From positions 1-55,770 of the forward strand of contig JAHLWP010000028.1 in the NCBI GenBank assembly GCA_019057865.1: a stretch of 55,770 nucleotides of DNA, written 5' to 3'. Shown here in pieces: positions 1-9,333 of the stretch (position 1 is the stretch's first letter; the number at the start of each line of letters is the position of its first letter). The stretch comes from Promethearchaeota archaeon. GTDB lineage: Archaea > Asgardarchaeota > Lokiarchaeia > Sigyniarchaeales > SOKP01. Made by a program: the position numbers and the translations under genes. A model generated the notes under the pieces. It saw only the letters and a program-made list of their open reading frames with translations, had not been told where the DNA came from and ran no database searches.

Positions 1-394
1 ATGCCTCTAATGCCATATGAGGTTCTTCACAAATTATTGTCTTAGGTGTTGGGATTTTATGTTTTTCTAAAAACACTGATGTTAGAAATTTATCACTAGC
101 TATCTCTAAAGATTCTCTTGAATTTATTAATTTAACATTGTGTTCTTCTATTGCTCTTAGTATATCAAGCCTAAAAAAGATCCTCTGAGTAGCTGCGGCT
201 CCAAATCCTCTTACAAGGGCCGCTCTATGAGTTAGACTTTCAAATCTTTTTTCAAATCTACTTTGGAATCCAATATTGACTTTAATGGTTGATGGAATAA
301 AATATTGGACATTGTATCCTTGGTTTTTAAACTCATTAGACAAAATCTTAACTTCAGGATCAGAAGGATTAGGAGTAATTATCATTGTTTCCAT
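1..394 (-). CDS. RimK/LysX/MptN-family ATP-grasp ligase, N-terminal part (runs off the window edge)
   Basis: Manual translation from ATG at 394: METMIITPNPSDPE...LVRGFGAAATQRIFFRLDILRAIEEHNVKLINSRESLEIASDKFLTSVFLEKHKIPTPKT. The 'IN...DK..T...L....IPTPKT' pattern is typical of RimK-type ligases. Not in the supplied ORF track. Confidence 0.8.
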   Translation of the reverse strand, partial: METMIITPNPSDPEVKILSNEFKNQGYNVQYFIPSTIKVNIGFQSRFEKRFESLTHRAALVRGFGAAATQRIFFRLDILRAIEEHNVKLINSRESLEIASDKFLTSVFLEKHKIPTPKTIICEEPHMALEA

Positions 395-475
395 TTTAAT
401 TTCACATTTAAAAAAATTACTTAATTAAACAATAGGACTAATTTTTAAATAAATTTAATTTCTTATAAAATATAT

Positions 476-1102
476 ATGAATTCTATGGATCATAAAAAAG
501 AAGAAACTGACATACAGAAATTGTCGTCAATGCTCAGTAAAATTCAAGATCTATATTATAAAAAAAAAGAACAACTAGAAGAATTACAGTTAGAAATATC
601 TGAATTGAGAGATATTATAAACTACTTAAATTCACTTATATCAAACAAATCCTTTTATAGTGCAGATGAGATTTATACGAAAACACTAAATAAAAGAAAA
701 GAATTAAGTGAAGATGATTATTTTATAGAAGAAATTCCTAGGGAAAAAGTCAAGGATACAAATATTAAGAGAAAAATATTCTCTAAAGAAGATGAAAAAG
801 AAACAAACTTGTTATGTATTTTAAATTTTTATGATTTTAATGAAGTGGAAATTAAATTTATCGAACCTGAGACACGATATATAAAAGAATCATCTGAAGA
901 TTTTGTACGCATTTTCTTAAAAGGAGCATTAATCAAAATTAAAGAAAGTAACCCTACTTTAAGTGTGAGTTATAATTATTACAAAAATACTGACATGATT
1001 GAACGTATGAATATCTCTAATTTAAATTCGATTAAAGAATATGACTTAATTACCTCAAAAATAAGAGAATTATTAGCTTCCGAGATAACTTCTAGTAAGT
1101 AA
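476..1102 (+). CDS. Hypothetical protein with N-terminal coiled coil
   Basis: 208-aa ORF; heptad-like K/E/L segment at residues ~12-55; no recognised motif. Confidence 0.7.
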   Translation: MNSMDHKKEETDIQKLSSMLSKIQDLYYKKKEQLEELQLEISELRDIINYLNSLISNKSFYSADEIYTKTLNKRKELSEDDYFIEEIPREKVKDTNIKRKIFSKEDEKETNLLCILNFYDFNEVEIKFIEPETRYIKESSEDFVRIFLKGALIKIKESNPTLSVSYNYYKNTDMIERMNISNLNSIKEYDLITSKIRELLASEITSSK

Positions 1103-1254
1103 ATTGAAAAGCTAATAATGTTATGTATATTACTGTTTTTCCGATTATCTCCAAAATAAGTGAAAAGTTTTAAATAAAATAGTTGAATAATTAATTTTTA
1201 AAGTTAACAGATTTTTCTTATTAAAAATCCAATATAATAAAAATAGAATAATTA

Positions 1255-1965
1255 GTGAAAAGAATTATGAAAAGAAAATTTTATTTTATAACTATATTAA
1301 GCATTCTTCTATTTCTCTTAACATTTCAATCAATGGGAATAGTAACTGCTAGAACAGAATCTTTTACTGATCCTGAAGACGACGTGTATCGCATTGATGT
1401 TCAGCATAATGATTTCAAGAAGGGGGATTACCATGATGAAATAGACATTACGAGTATAGCAATGGTTGATAACTATTTTAATGCCACATTTGCGGCTAAT
1501 TTTACGGGTCCTGATATTCAATGTGCGTTTTATCTTTTTGAGCATTATGATCCTGATAACAAAACACATTTTGAATATGAGATTTTTGCTGAAAATTCTT
1601 CAGTATATTTTGTTCATCACGTTGGAACTGGATTAATACAGTTTCTAGAAGTTTGGACTGAAGCGGGTTGGTCGTTTAATTTTAATGACGGTTTAATTAT
1701 TGGAAGTATAGCAGGTAATTTAGTTGAGGGAACTGTTCCCCCTGCGGCTTGGACCGTTCCAGATAACGTCACATGGTATGTTGGTAGTACAGCCGGTAAT
1801 CCTTTGGTAGATGTAATCCTTTATGCTGATATTGCTCCCAATGAATATGAACCATTTCCAACGGGTGGTGATGATGCAATTCCGGGGTATGATTTGTTTA
1901 TTTTTATAGGTGCCTTATTTGGAATTTCTATATATGTAGTAATAAAGAGAATAAAAAGAAAGTAG
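1255..1965 (+). CDS. Secreted/surface protein with Loki-CTERM-like C-terminal anchor (paralog 1)
   Basis: Basic N-terminus plus hydrophobic signal; C-terminus IPGYD + TM helix + KRIKRK; shares TDPEDDVYR, KKGDYHDEIDI and LYADIAPN with the next gene. True start is probably ATG 1267. Confidence 0.8.
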   Translation: MKRIMKRKFYFITILSILLFLLTFQSMGIVTARTESFTDPEDDVYRIDVQHNDFKKGDYHDEIDITSIAMVDNYFNATFAANFTGPDIQCAFYLFEHYDPDNKTHFEYEIFAENSSVYFVHHVGTGLIQFLEVWTEAGWSFNFNDGLIIGSIAGNLVEGTVPPAAWTVPDNVTWYVGSTAGNPLVDVILYADIAPNEYEPFPTGGDDAIPGYDLFIFIGALFGISIYVVIKRIKRK

Positions 1966-1980
1966 AAGAACCCAAATTCC

Positions 1981-1993
1981 TCTTTTTTTTTTT
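1981..1993 (+). terminator. Oligo-T archaeal terminator candidate
   Basis: T-run immediately after the stop codon of 1255..1965; a similar run follows the paralog (~2936-2949). Confidence 0.5.
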
Positions 1994-2171
1994 AGTTATT
2001 TTATGCTCAACGAATAGCTCCTATTGCTCAAAATTAATTAAAATCTAAAAATTTGAGATAATAAAACAACTATAATAAGTTTTAAATACAACATTGGAGT
2101 AACTTTATTTATATTTTACAATATTGTTCTATAAATCCAATAAATAAAAATAGATTAAGAAATGAAGAAAA

Positions 2172-2921
2172 ATGTCAAAAAGAATTCATTATATATTTGC
2201 TGTTTTAAGTATTGTTTTACTCTCGCTTACACTTCAGACATTTACACCTGTGTTAGGACTTAATGCTATAGAAACTGACCCAGAGAATGATGTTTATCGT
2301 GTACATATGACAGAATCCAGTCAAGATATAAAGAAAGGAGATTATCATGACGAAATTGACATCGTTAAATTAGAAATTAATGGACAAACTGTTAATTTAA
2401 CTTTTGCTGGTAATATAGCTGATTGGCAATATAGTGATAGCATTGAAACAAGAGCCATAATTGTATTACATGAGAATTTTACAAGTTTGGAGGATATGAC
2501 ATATCCTTATTATGCTATTCTTTATGATAATTGGACTTACTATGCATTAGGCTATAGAGTATTTCTTACTTATGAGACAGAATTTGATACAGATTATTGG
2601 GACGGTTCAGGATGGGTTGCTACTGAAGATTTAGCTGTGGAGGTTGGTTCTGCTTCCGATAAATCAATTGTAGCAAATTTGTCTTCAGGAGCTTTTATTA
2701 TACCAGATGATATCACATTTTTTGCACAGTCAATGCGCGTGGAATTCATTGGAGTATTCCCTGAAGAGGAGGTGCTTCTTTATACCGACATAGCTCCTAA
2801 TAAATATGATCCTCTAGCATCATCTGCAGATCAGATCCCGAGCTTTAACTTATTCATAGTTGTGGGTGTCTTAGTTGGAATTTCCCTGATCATAATAAAA
2901 AAGCAAATTAAAAAAGAATAG
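2172..2921 (+). CDS. Secreted/surface protein with Loki-CTERM-like anchor (paralog 2)
   Basis: Signal peptide; TDPENDVYR, KKGDYHDEIDI, LYTDIAPN; C-terminus IPSFN + TM + KKQIKKE. Confidence 0.8.
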   Translation: MSKRIHYIFAVLSIVLLSLTLQTFTPVLGLNAIETDPENDVYRVHMTESSQDIKKGDYHDEIDIVKLEINGQTVNLTFAGNIADWQYSDSIETRAIIVLHENFTSLEDMTYPYYAILYDNWTYYALGYRVFLTYETEFDTDYWDGSGWVATEDLAVEVGSASDKSIVANLSSGAFIIPDDITFFAQSMRVEFIGVFPEEEVLLYTDIAPNKYDPLASSADQIPSFNLFIVVGVLVGISLIIIKKQIKKE

Positions 2922-3144
2922 AATAAAACAAGTTAATTTTTTTTTTTTTCATCTTTTTAATTAAATAAGCGCTATTATTGAATTAAAGTACCTTAAATAT
3001 TAAGATATAAAATTAAATTAACTAGTTCATAATAGTTAGAAAATATTATATTAAGATAATATATAGTTTAATTAAAATACGAAAAATTAATTATTCAGTA
3101 ATTTTTATTTATTCTAACTAAATTAATATCGGAGTGAAAGAATT

Positions 3145-3960
3145 ATGGCAAAAAAGCAAAAATCATGGTTACAAATGCCAATAGTTCATTCAAAATTTCA
3201 TGATACAAAATTGGAAGATGTTTTACTTAATAAAGCCTTAGAATTATTAACTGGTGAAAAAGGAGATGCACCGTCCTTTTTATTCCTTTCAGGAGCTTTC
3301 TTTGATGTGAAATCTTTTGCATATTCAGGATTAAGAGCTTGGAAAGGTGCTGCAAAACCTTCTGAGTCTAATGGTGGTAGAAGACCTGTCTTAGAAGCTA
3401 CTTTTGCATCTATATCTGTGTATTTAAGCTCCCTTTTAGCACTTCAATCAGATTTCTATTTTGCATATGATGAGATAAAGGATATATTGCTAGAGAAAAA
3501 ACGGGAAGATCTATGGACAATAGTATCAGAAAAGTTGCCATTTATTTCATTGCCACCAAAAGAAATGTATGGTTCTCAAGCTTCTCCAATATCTCCATAT
3601 TTTGTGATTAAACAAGATGAGGAAATAATCTTAGGAGAAATATATCCCTCAGCTTACTTGACTAAAGTCATAACAAATATCAAGACAAGATTTTTTGTAT
3701 TTTTCCAATATCAAGGTTATTCTGCTTTTGGATTTTTCAACTCATTACCCCAGCTCTCTAAATTTGGTTTTGAAGAAGAAGTAAAGGATTTTATTACTGA
3801 ACCAACACCTGAAAACCTAATAAAATATATTAAAAATGCAAAAACAATAAAAGAAGTGTTAATAGCACTTATTCATGCTCATAACAATGCATATCTTGAG
3901 CAATTTTTAATACCAGATTATGAATTATTATTAAACAAGTTATTGGAGGGAGAATCATAA
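3145..3960 (+). CDS. Hypothetical protein translationally coupled to a small GTPase
   Basis: 271-aa ORF, GGAGTGA RBS at 3131; stop overlaps the next start (TAATG). Confidence 0.75.
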   Translation: MAKKQKSWLQMPIVHSKFHDTKLEDVLLNKALELLTGEKGDAPSFLFLSGAFFDVKSFAYSGLRAWKGAAKPSESNGGRRPVLEATFASISVYLSSLLALQSDFYFAYDEIKDILLEKKREDLWTIVSEKLPFISLPPKEMYGSQASPISPYFVIKQDEEIILGEIYPSAYLTKVITNIKTRFFVFFQYQGYSAFGFFNSLPQLSKFGFEEEVKDFITEPTPENLIKYIKNAKTIKEVLIALIHAHNNAYLEQFLIPDYELLLNKLLEGES

Positions 3961-4595
3961 TGGTAAATATAGGTTTATTAGGTGATGTAAGTGTTGGCAA
4001 AACTAGTATACTTAGGCTTTTTGTGAGGTATCTCAATAAAGGAGATATTGAAAAAGTTGAAGGTGGAGTAAAATGCTCTGTGGTGAAAACTGATTTTTCT
4101 GGAGAAGCAACTGTTCCTAGAGGTGAAAAAGAGGATGTTTTAGATGAAAAAGCAACAAAAACGATTCACCCAAATAGAATGGTGTTTAGAGAAGATACTA
4201 CTAAAAAAGCTCATACTCTCTTCGGGCCAGGTGGAGACCGACGAAGGGCGGTAGTTCGCATGGGCATCATCACAATCTCTCGTATATCGACCCAAATTAT
4301 AGCTGTCTTCTCATGCGACAGAGATTTAGAAACTCAATTTGAATTCTTTAATGATATTCGCTTTTTTCCAGAAAAGATTTACGTGTGTATAAATAAAGTC
4401 GATTTACTTAAAGGTGATATAGAAAAAAAGCTTGAGGATATGAAAAAGAAAATCAGTGAATTTTTTAAAACTAGAAAGATTAATGTGGCAGAATTCTTTA
4501 TAACATGCGGAGAAACAGTAGAGGGGTTCGAGGATGTTGAGAAATATAATAATCAAGTGGCAGAAATGATCCTAAAAATTGCTATTCCACCTTAA
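3960..4595 (+). CDS. Ras-like small GTPase with atypical G3 (MglA/CvnD-like)
   Basis: G1 GDVSVGKT, G4 NKVD, G5-like TCG; the G3 position reads LFGPGG rather than DxxG. Confidence 0.8.
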   Translation: MVNIGLLGDVSVGKTSILRLFVRYLNKGDIEKVEGGVKCSVVKTDFSGEATVPRGEKEDVLDEKATKTIHPNRMVFREDTTKKAHTLFGPGGDRRRAVVRMGIITISRISTQIIAVFSCDRDLETQFEFFNDIRFFPEKIYVCINKVDLLKGDIEKKLEDMKKKISEFFKTRKINVAEFFITCGETVEGFEDVEKYNNQVAEMILKIAIPP

Positions 4596-4649
4596 TAAGG
4601 GTTGTTATAATATCTTTTTGTAAAATCATTTATTGAATTTTTTACTATT

Positions 4650-5177
4650 CTAATTTTTTAATTTTAAAGCTAATTTTAAGAAAAGTTTATTTATATCCAA
4701 TTGATAAGCTATTAAAGATGTTAAACGTACCTCTCCAGTATCTTTTTGAATAGTGATATATCCTCGTTTTTCTAATTCCTTCAAATCATCCAGTATACCT
4801 TTTTTATTTCTCATTTTTTTAATTTGTTCTACTTTTCCAACTCCAGAATTTTTGAGACAATTAACAAGAGTATAAAATAAACTCGCAGCTAACCTTGATT
4901 TCCCCTCAAAAGGATTTGCAGAAATAATATCTGAAGTGTCTGTATCAAAGGAAATAAACCAGTGAGAATTTAAGGGATTATATCTAACTTGAAGTCCTAG
5001 CGGTTCTATATAATTCGATAAATTGGTAATTAAATCTTGAAAATAAATTGATTTATTTTTATTTTTCAAATTAAGATTTTCAAGAATTTCTTTTTTAGTT
5101 GCCCCTATTTGAGATACAGTGGATTTTCTACTTAATAAATACATTAATAATGTAACTTCATTCAATTTTTTTATCAC
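4650..5177 (-). CDS. KITE subunit (tandem winged helix; Nse1/Nse3-MAGE/ScpB-like)
   Basis: Last gene of the SMC-kleisin operon. LLMYLLSRK..GATKKEIL...FQDLITNLSNYIEPLGLQV...HWFI resembles WH-A of MAGE/Nse1; LKELEKRGYI...GEVRLT is a second WH. Start is possibly the TTG just after the GGGGTGA RBS. Confidence 0.7.
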   Translation of the reverse strand: MIKKLNEVTLLMYLLSRKSTVSQIGATKKEILENLNLKNKNKSIYFQDLITNLSNYIEPLGLQVRYNPLNSHWFISFDTDTSDIISANPFEGKSRLAASLFYTLVNCLKNSGVGKVEQIKKMRNKKGILDDLKELEKRGYITIQKDTGEVRLTSLIAYQLDINKLFLKLALKLKN

Positions 5178-5181
5178 CCCA

Positions 5182-5832
5182 TTATGAGTATAAAAAGTTA
5201 GTATCTTTTTGGTATTTGATTTTGCCTAATTGAAGAAGATGGAGTAAATATATAAAATTTTCATAAATTTTAATTTGATCTTGTTCATCTTCAAATATTT
5301 CATCATAAGCACATGGGAGTTTCCTTTTAATGCTATTGAAGAATCTCATCATCTTTTCAGTAAATTTTTCTTTAGGTAATTCCAGATAAAATTCTTCATT
5401 AACTTTTTCTTTTTCTAGAGGTTCAAGAGAGAATACTGTCCCTTTTCTATTAAAAAGTTTATCTTTAGAGAATTCAAGAAAATTTAAGGAGAGATTATCA
5501 ATATTAAATAGATTTCTCCAACATCCTTCCAGTAATTGATAAATTTCTGTGTCTTTAGGATTTGATTTCAAATATTCTAAAATTTTATTTTCACTATCTA
5601 ATGAACTAATCAAAATTTGCAATTCTTGAAATTTTTGATTAAGTAATCTGCAGGCTTCAGAATATGTTTCAGAACCATCATAAATATTATCAATTGTAAG
5701 GAAATCTTTTATATCATTGAAGATTGGAACAAGTTCCAAATCTAATAAATTGATTTCACCTAAAAGAACTTTATTTTGTATATCTTCAATTTTTTTATTT
5801 AAATCATTATATAGGTCTTTATGTTCAACCAT
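5182..5832 (-). CDS. scpA: Kleisin (ScpA-like)
   Basis: N-terminal GEINLLDLELVPIF and C-terminal NFIYLLHLLQLGKIKYQ match kleisin N-domain and C-terminal WHD patterns; start overlaps the SMC stop (TAATG). Confidence 0.75.
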   Translation of the reverse strand: MVEHKDLYNDLNKKIEDIQNKVLLGEINLLDLELVPIFNDIKDFLTIDNIYDGSETYSEACRLLNQKFQELQILISSLDSENKILEYLKSNPKDTEIYQLLEGCWRNLFNIDNLSLNFLEFSKDKLFNRKGTVFSLEPLEKEKVNEEFYLELPKEKFTEKMMRFFNSIKRKLPCAYDEIFEDEQDQIKIYENFIYLLHLLQLGKIKYQKDTNFLYS

Positions 5833-8800
5833 TAGTTATTGTTCCTTTTTTTTTTAATAATTTTTGGTTTAAAAACTGATGATACTTCATTTTTACCGAC
5901 TCTAGCAATTCCTATTAACTTTTCAGCGAGATTAAATAAAGGAGTTGAAGATTTGGGTAGAAACATAAGCAACTGAATTGGGTTTCCTTCTAAAGTAGAC
6001 TTAATCAACTGGTAAGCAATTTCTGAATTTTTTTCATCTAAAAACATTCCTGCCTCATCAAACATACAAAGCGGAGATGGTTTAATTTCTTGAAGAGATA
6101 AAATTAAGCAAATTGATATCATTGACATTTGACCTCCGCTTAATGCTGAAAATGATTTTAATTGTTCTTTAGAGGTTGCTGCTTTAATAATAACCCCTAA
6201 ATTTTCAAAATCTCCTGTTAATCCAAGAGAACAATAAGATTTAATTTGAGAAGATTCAAATTTTTGGTTGATTTTAGATTGTAGATCTTCAATTAATAAT
6301 CCAAATTTGTTATAATATGTCTTTTCCATCTTGTTTTCAGTTTTAATTGCTGCTTTAATATCATTTTCTATATCTCTTTGGTTTTTAACGATTTCTTTAA
6401 GAGATGATATAATTTGATCTCTTTCAATCAGAATTGTGTCATCAATGTCTAAAAATTTAAGTAACTCTTTTTCTATTTTCAAGAGACCTTTTTCAATTTC
6501 ATCTATTGGTCGAATTTCTATTTTTTCTTCTAAAATCAATGGAGCTATTTCAGAATTAATCCTTTTCAAATCTTTTTTCTTTAATTCAAATTCCTGTTTA
6601 AATGCATTTAATTTAATGTTTTCTTGTTCTAACTTGAGGGTATTTTGAATATTTCTTTTGTCTATTTCACTTTTCTCAAATTGATATTGTGATTTTAATC
6701 CATTTGATTTTAAAAAAATTTTTTCGATATCTTTAAGTTCTTCATCAATCTGTTCTAAATGCTGATATATATTAAATGCTGATTTGTCTGCCTTTTGAAA
6801 ATTTTCCTTTTTTGTTTTATACTCCAGCCCTATAAGGCTAAGCGTATTATTATGTTTACTCATTTTTTCTTCGATTTCTTTTAGGAACTGTAAATTCTCA
6901 TTTAATCTTACATCCCACTTTTTCTTTTCTTCATTTAGTAATGTCAATTCATTAGGAATTTCTTTAATTCTATCATTCCACTTAAAGAAATCTGGATCAC
7001 TCTGAGTTTTTAATTCCTTAATTTTTTTATCTAATTCTTGAACTTCAACTTGAATAGATACATTATTTTTCTCTAGATTATGCATTTGTTCGTATAACAG
7101 GTTCTTTTTTGTTGTAATTCTTTGTTTTTGATTAAAATTAAATAACAGATCATTGAATGCCTCTTTTTTTCTAAAAATATCTTTTTGAATCTCATCTAAT
7201 TTAGATTGCTCTACCTTAAGCTCTGAAATATGGTCATTTGATAATTTAATTTCAGATTCTAAAATTTCTGATTGTTCTTTTTGTGTTCCAGCACTTAATA
7301 ATCCTTTTAATCTCTTTAAATAAGGTGTTTCATATACATATTTATAAGAAACAATTTGCTCTCCCTTTAAAGTAACACATTTTCCCTTGAAATTATAATC
7401 GTTATAAAGTGCTATTCCTGAACGATAATCTTTAACAACAAGGCAGTTTTTTACTTTTGAATAAATAACTTTTTTTATTTCAATGTCATCATCAGTTATA
7501 TCAATTAGTTCTGCTAAATATCCAATAACACCATTAGCAGAAATTTTAGGAAGAGGTGTGATATTGGTACTTTTAGCAACATAAATATTACAATACGCAT
7601 TATATTTATTTTTTAAGCGTTTTAATAAGTTTAAGGTATCCCAATCATGGGCAACAAAGCTATATAATAATTTTTCCCCTAAAACTGATTCAATTGCATA
7701 GCTTAACTCATCTTTATATTTCAAATAATCAATAATAGGACCTTTTACTTTTAAATCTCTTTTATTTATCTCATCTTTGAGAACACTTATGTTTGAAGGA
7801 AGAATTACTCGACGTTCTCTAAGGGAGACTTGAAGAAGTTTTAATTTTCTCAACTTCTTTGATCTTTCAATCTCTAACTGCTTTACCTCTAATTCAATCT
7901 CATAAATTTTTAAAGATGTATTTCTTAGTTCTTTATCAAGCTGTTGTAGAAGATTTTGTGTTGGATTTTCTAAAAACCACTTATTCTTTTCTAATTTGTG
8001 TTCTATATCCTTAAAGCTTTGAAATAACTGATTAATTTCATCTTTATTACTTTTATTTAGATTATCATTTTCGTGAAGCTGTTTTAATTTCTCCTTTTTC
8101 TCAGAGATTATTTGATTATACTCATCTAAAAGAGTTTTATTTTGCTTTATTTTTCTTACTAATTGATTTTGCTCTTTTATTAAGCTATCAAGGTTAAGTT
8201 CAATTTTCTTGGATTCTCTCTTAATTGTATTTAATTCAATATCCAAACTTTCTTTCTGTTTCGTAAAATTATTAGCTATTTTTTCAATTTTCTCAATTTC
8301 TTCAGCCAAGGTATCTAATTCTTGTTTGACCATTAACTTCTCTTTTTGCCATTTTTGAATTTTAGTAATTAAATCTTGTTTTTGATAATTTAATTCACCA
8401 ATTTTTTCTGAAAGTTTATTAATATTTCGTTCTTCAACTGTAATCTTTCCTATTAATTCCTCTATTTCTTTATCATGCTTTTCTTTTTTATTTTTTATTC
8501 CATCAATAACTAATCCAAGGTTTTTAATCCTTTCTTGTAAGGAGTTTATTTCTTTTTGTAGTTTATCTCGATTTGCCCATAAAAGTTCGTCATTAATTTT
8601 TTTTTTAATTTGTAATAATTTATTCTTTTGTTTTAGGCGTTCTAATTTGGGCTCTATCAATTCTAAGCTGATATTCAATGTATTTTTCTTGCTAATTAAT
8701 GAATTAAGTTCTGTATTCAAATTAAGTAAATTATTTTTTTGCTGTAAAATTTCATCCCTTAAACTTTTTAAACCAATTCCTTCTTCAAGAAAGGTGCACA

Positions 8801-9326
8801 ACTCAGTTGGTTTTAAATTTTTTATGGCAGCGATTTTTCCTTGGCTCACAATAGCAAATTGGTTATCAGGATTAATATTCAAATCAGAAATTAATTTCTG
8901 AATTTCATGAGCTTGAACTTTTTTAAAATCATTGTCATTCTTTCTTTGAATTTTAAAAAATGGTGATTGTCCTCTGATTACAATTCTTCTTATTTTAATT
9001 ACTTCTTCATCTTTTTGAATATGAATTTCAACCAAGGTATGATTTTGGCCATTCCTTATGAAGTTTGACCATTTTTTATAACGCTCATCTCTCTCATTGC
9101 TTCCTAAAGCAAATTTAATTGCTTGGAATACAGATGTTTTACCACTCCAGTTAGGTCCTACAATAATTACAAATTTAGCTTTTCCAAAATCTACTTCATC
9201 CTTTTGGAAAGATAAGAAATTCTCTAAAATGACCTTTCTAATGAATATTTCTTTTCTTTGAGATAATTTATTGTTATTTTCTTTAAGGTTTAATTGTGAT
9301 TGAATGGTCATTTTTACCATATCCAC
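5832..9326 (-). CDS. smc: SMC ATPase, Smc5/6-related type
   Basis: LENFLSF, Walker A GPNWSGKT, Q-loop PDNQFAIVSQG, two long coiled coils around a hinge (VKGPIIDYL), signature LSGGQ, Walker B/D-loop SPLCMFDEAGMFLD, terminal QLLMFLPK. Confidence 0.9.
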   Translation of the reverse strand: MDMVKMTIQSQLNLKENNNKLSQRKEIFIRKVILENFLSFQKDEVDFGKAKFVIIVGPNWSGKTSVFQAIKFALGSNERDERYKKWSNFIRNGQNHTLVEIHIQKDEEVIKIRRIVIRGQSPFFKIQRKNDNDFKKVQAHEIQKLISDLNINPDNQFAIVSQGKIAAIKNLKPTELCTFLEEGIGLKSLRDEILQQKNNLLNLNTELNSLISKKNTLNISLELIEPKLERLKQKNKLLQIKKKINDELLWANRDKLQKEINSLQERIKNLGLVIDGIKNKKEKHDKEIEELIGKITVEERNINKLSEKIGELNYQKQDLITKIQKWQKEKLMVKQELDTLAEEIEKIEKIANNFTKQKESLDIELNTIKRESKKIELNLDSLIKEQNQLVRKIKQNKTLLDEYNQIISEKKEKLKQLHENDNLNKSNKDEINQLFQSFKDIEHKLEKNKWFLENPTQNLLQQLDKELRNTSLKIYEIELEVKQLEIERSKKLRKLKLLQVSLRERRVILPSNISVLKDEINKRDLKVKGPIIDYLKYKDELSYAIESVLGEKLLYSFVAHDWDTLNLLKRLKNKYNAYCNIYVAKSTNITPLPKISANGVIGYLAELIDITDDDIEIKKVIYSKVKNCLVVKDYRSGIALYNDYNFKGKCVTLKGEQIVSYKYVYETPYLKRLKGLLSAGTQKEQSEILESEIKLSNDHISELKVEQSKLDEIQKDIFRKKEAFNDLLFNFNQKQRITTKKNLLYEQMHNLEKNNVSIQVEVQELDKKIKELKTQSDPDFFKWNDRIKEIPNELTLLNEEKKKWDVRLNENLQFLKEIEEKMSKHNNTLSLIGLEYKTKKENFQKADKSAFNIYQHLEQIDEELKDIEKIFLKSNGLKSQYQFEKSEIDKRNIQNTLKLEQENIKLNAFKQEFELKKKDLKRINSEIAPLILEEKIEIRPIDEIEKGLLKIEKELLKFLDIDDTILIERDQIISSLKEIVKNQRDIENDIKAAIKTENKMEKTYYNKFGLLIEDLQSKINQKFESSQIKSYCSLGLTGDFENLGVIIKAATSKEQLKSFSALSGGQMSMISICLILSLQEIKPSPLCMFDEAGMFLDEKNSEIAYQLIKSTLEGNPIQLLMFLPKSSTPLFNLAEKLIGIARVGKNEVSSVFKPKIIKKKRNNN

Positions 9327-9333
9327 TTAAATA

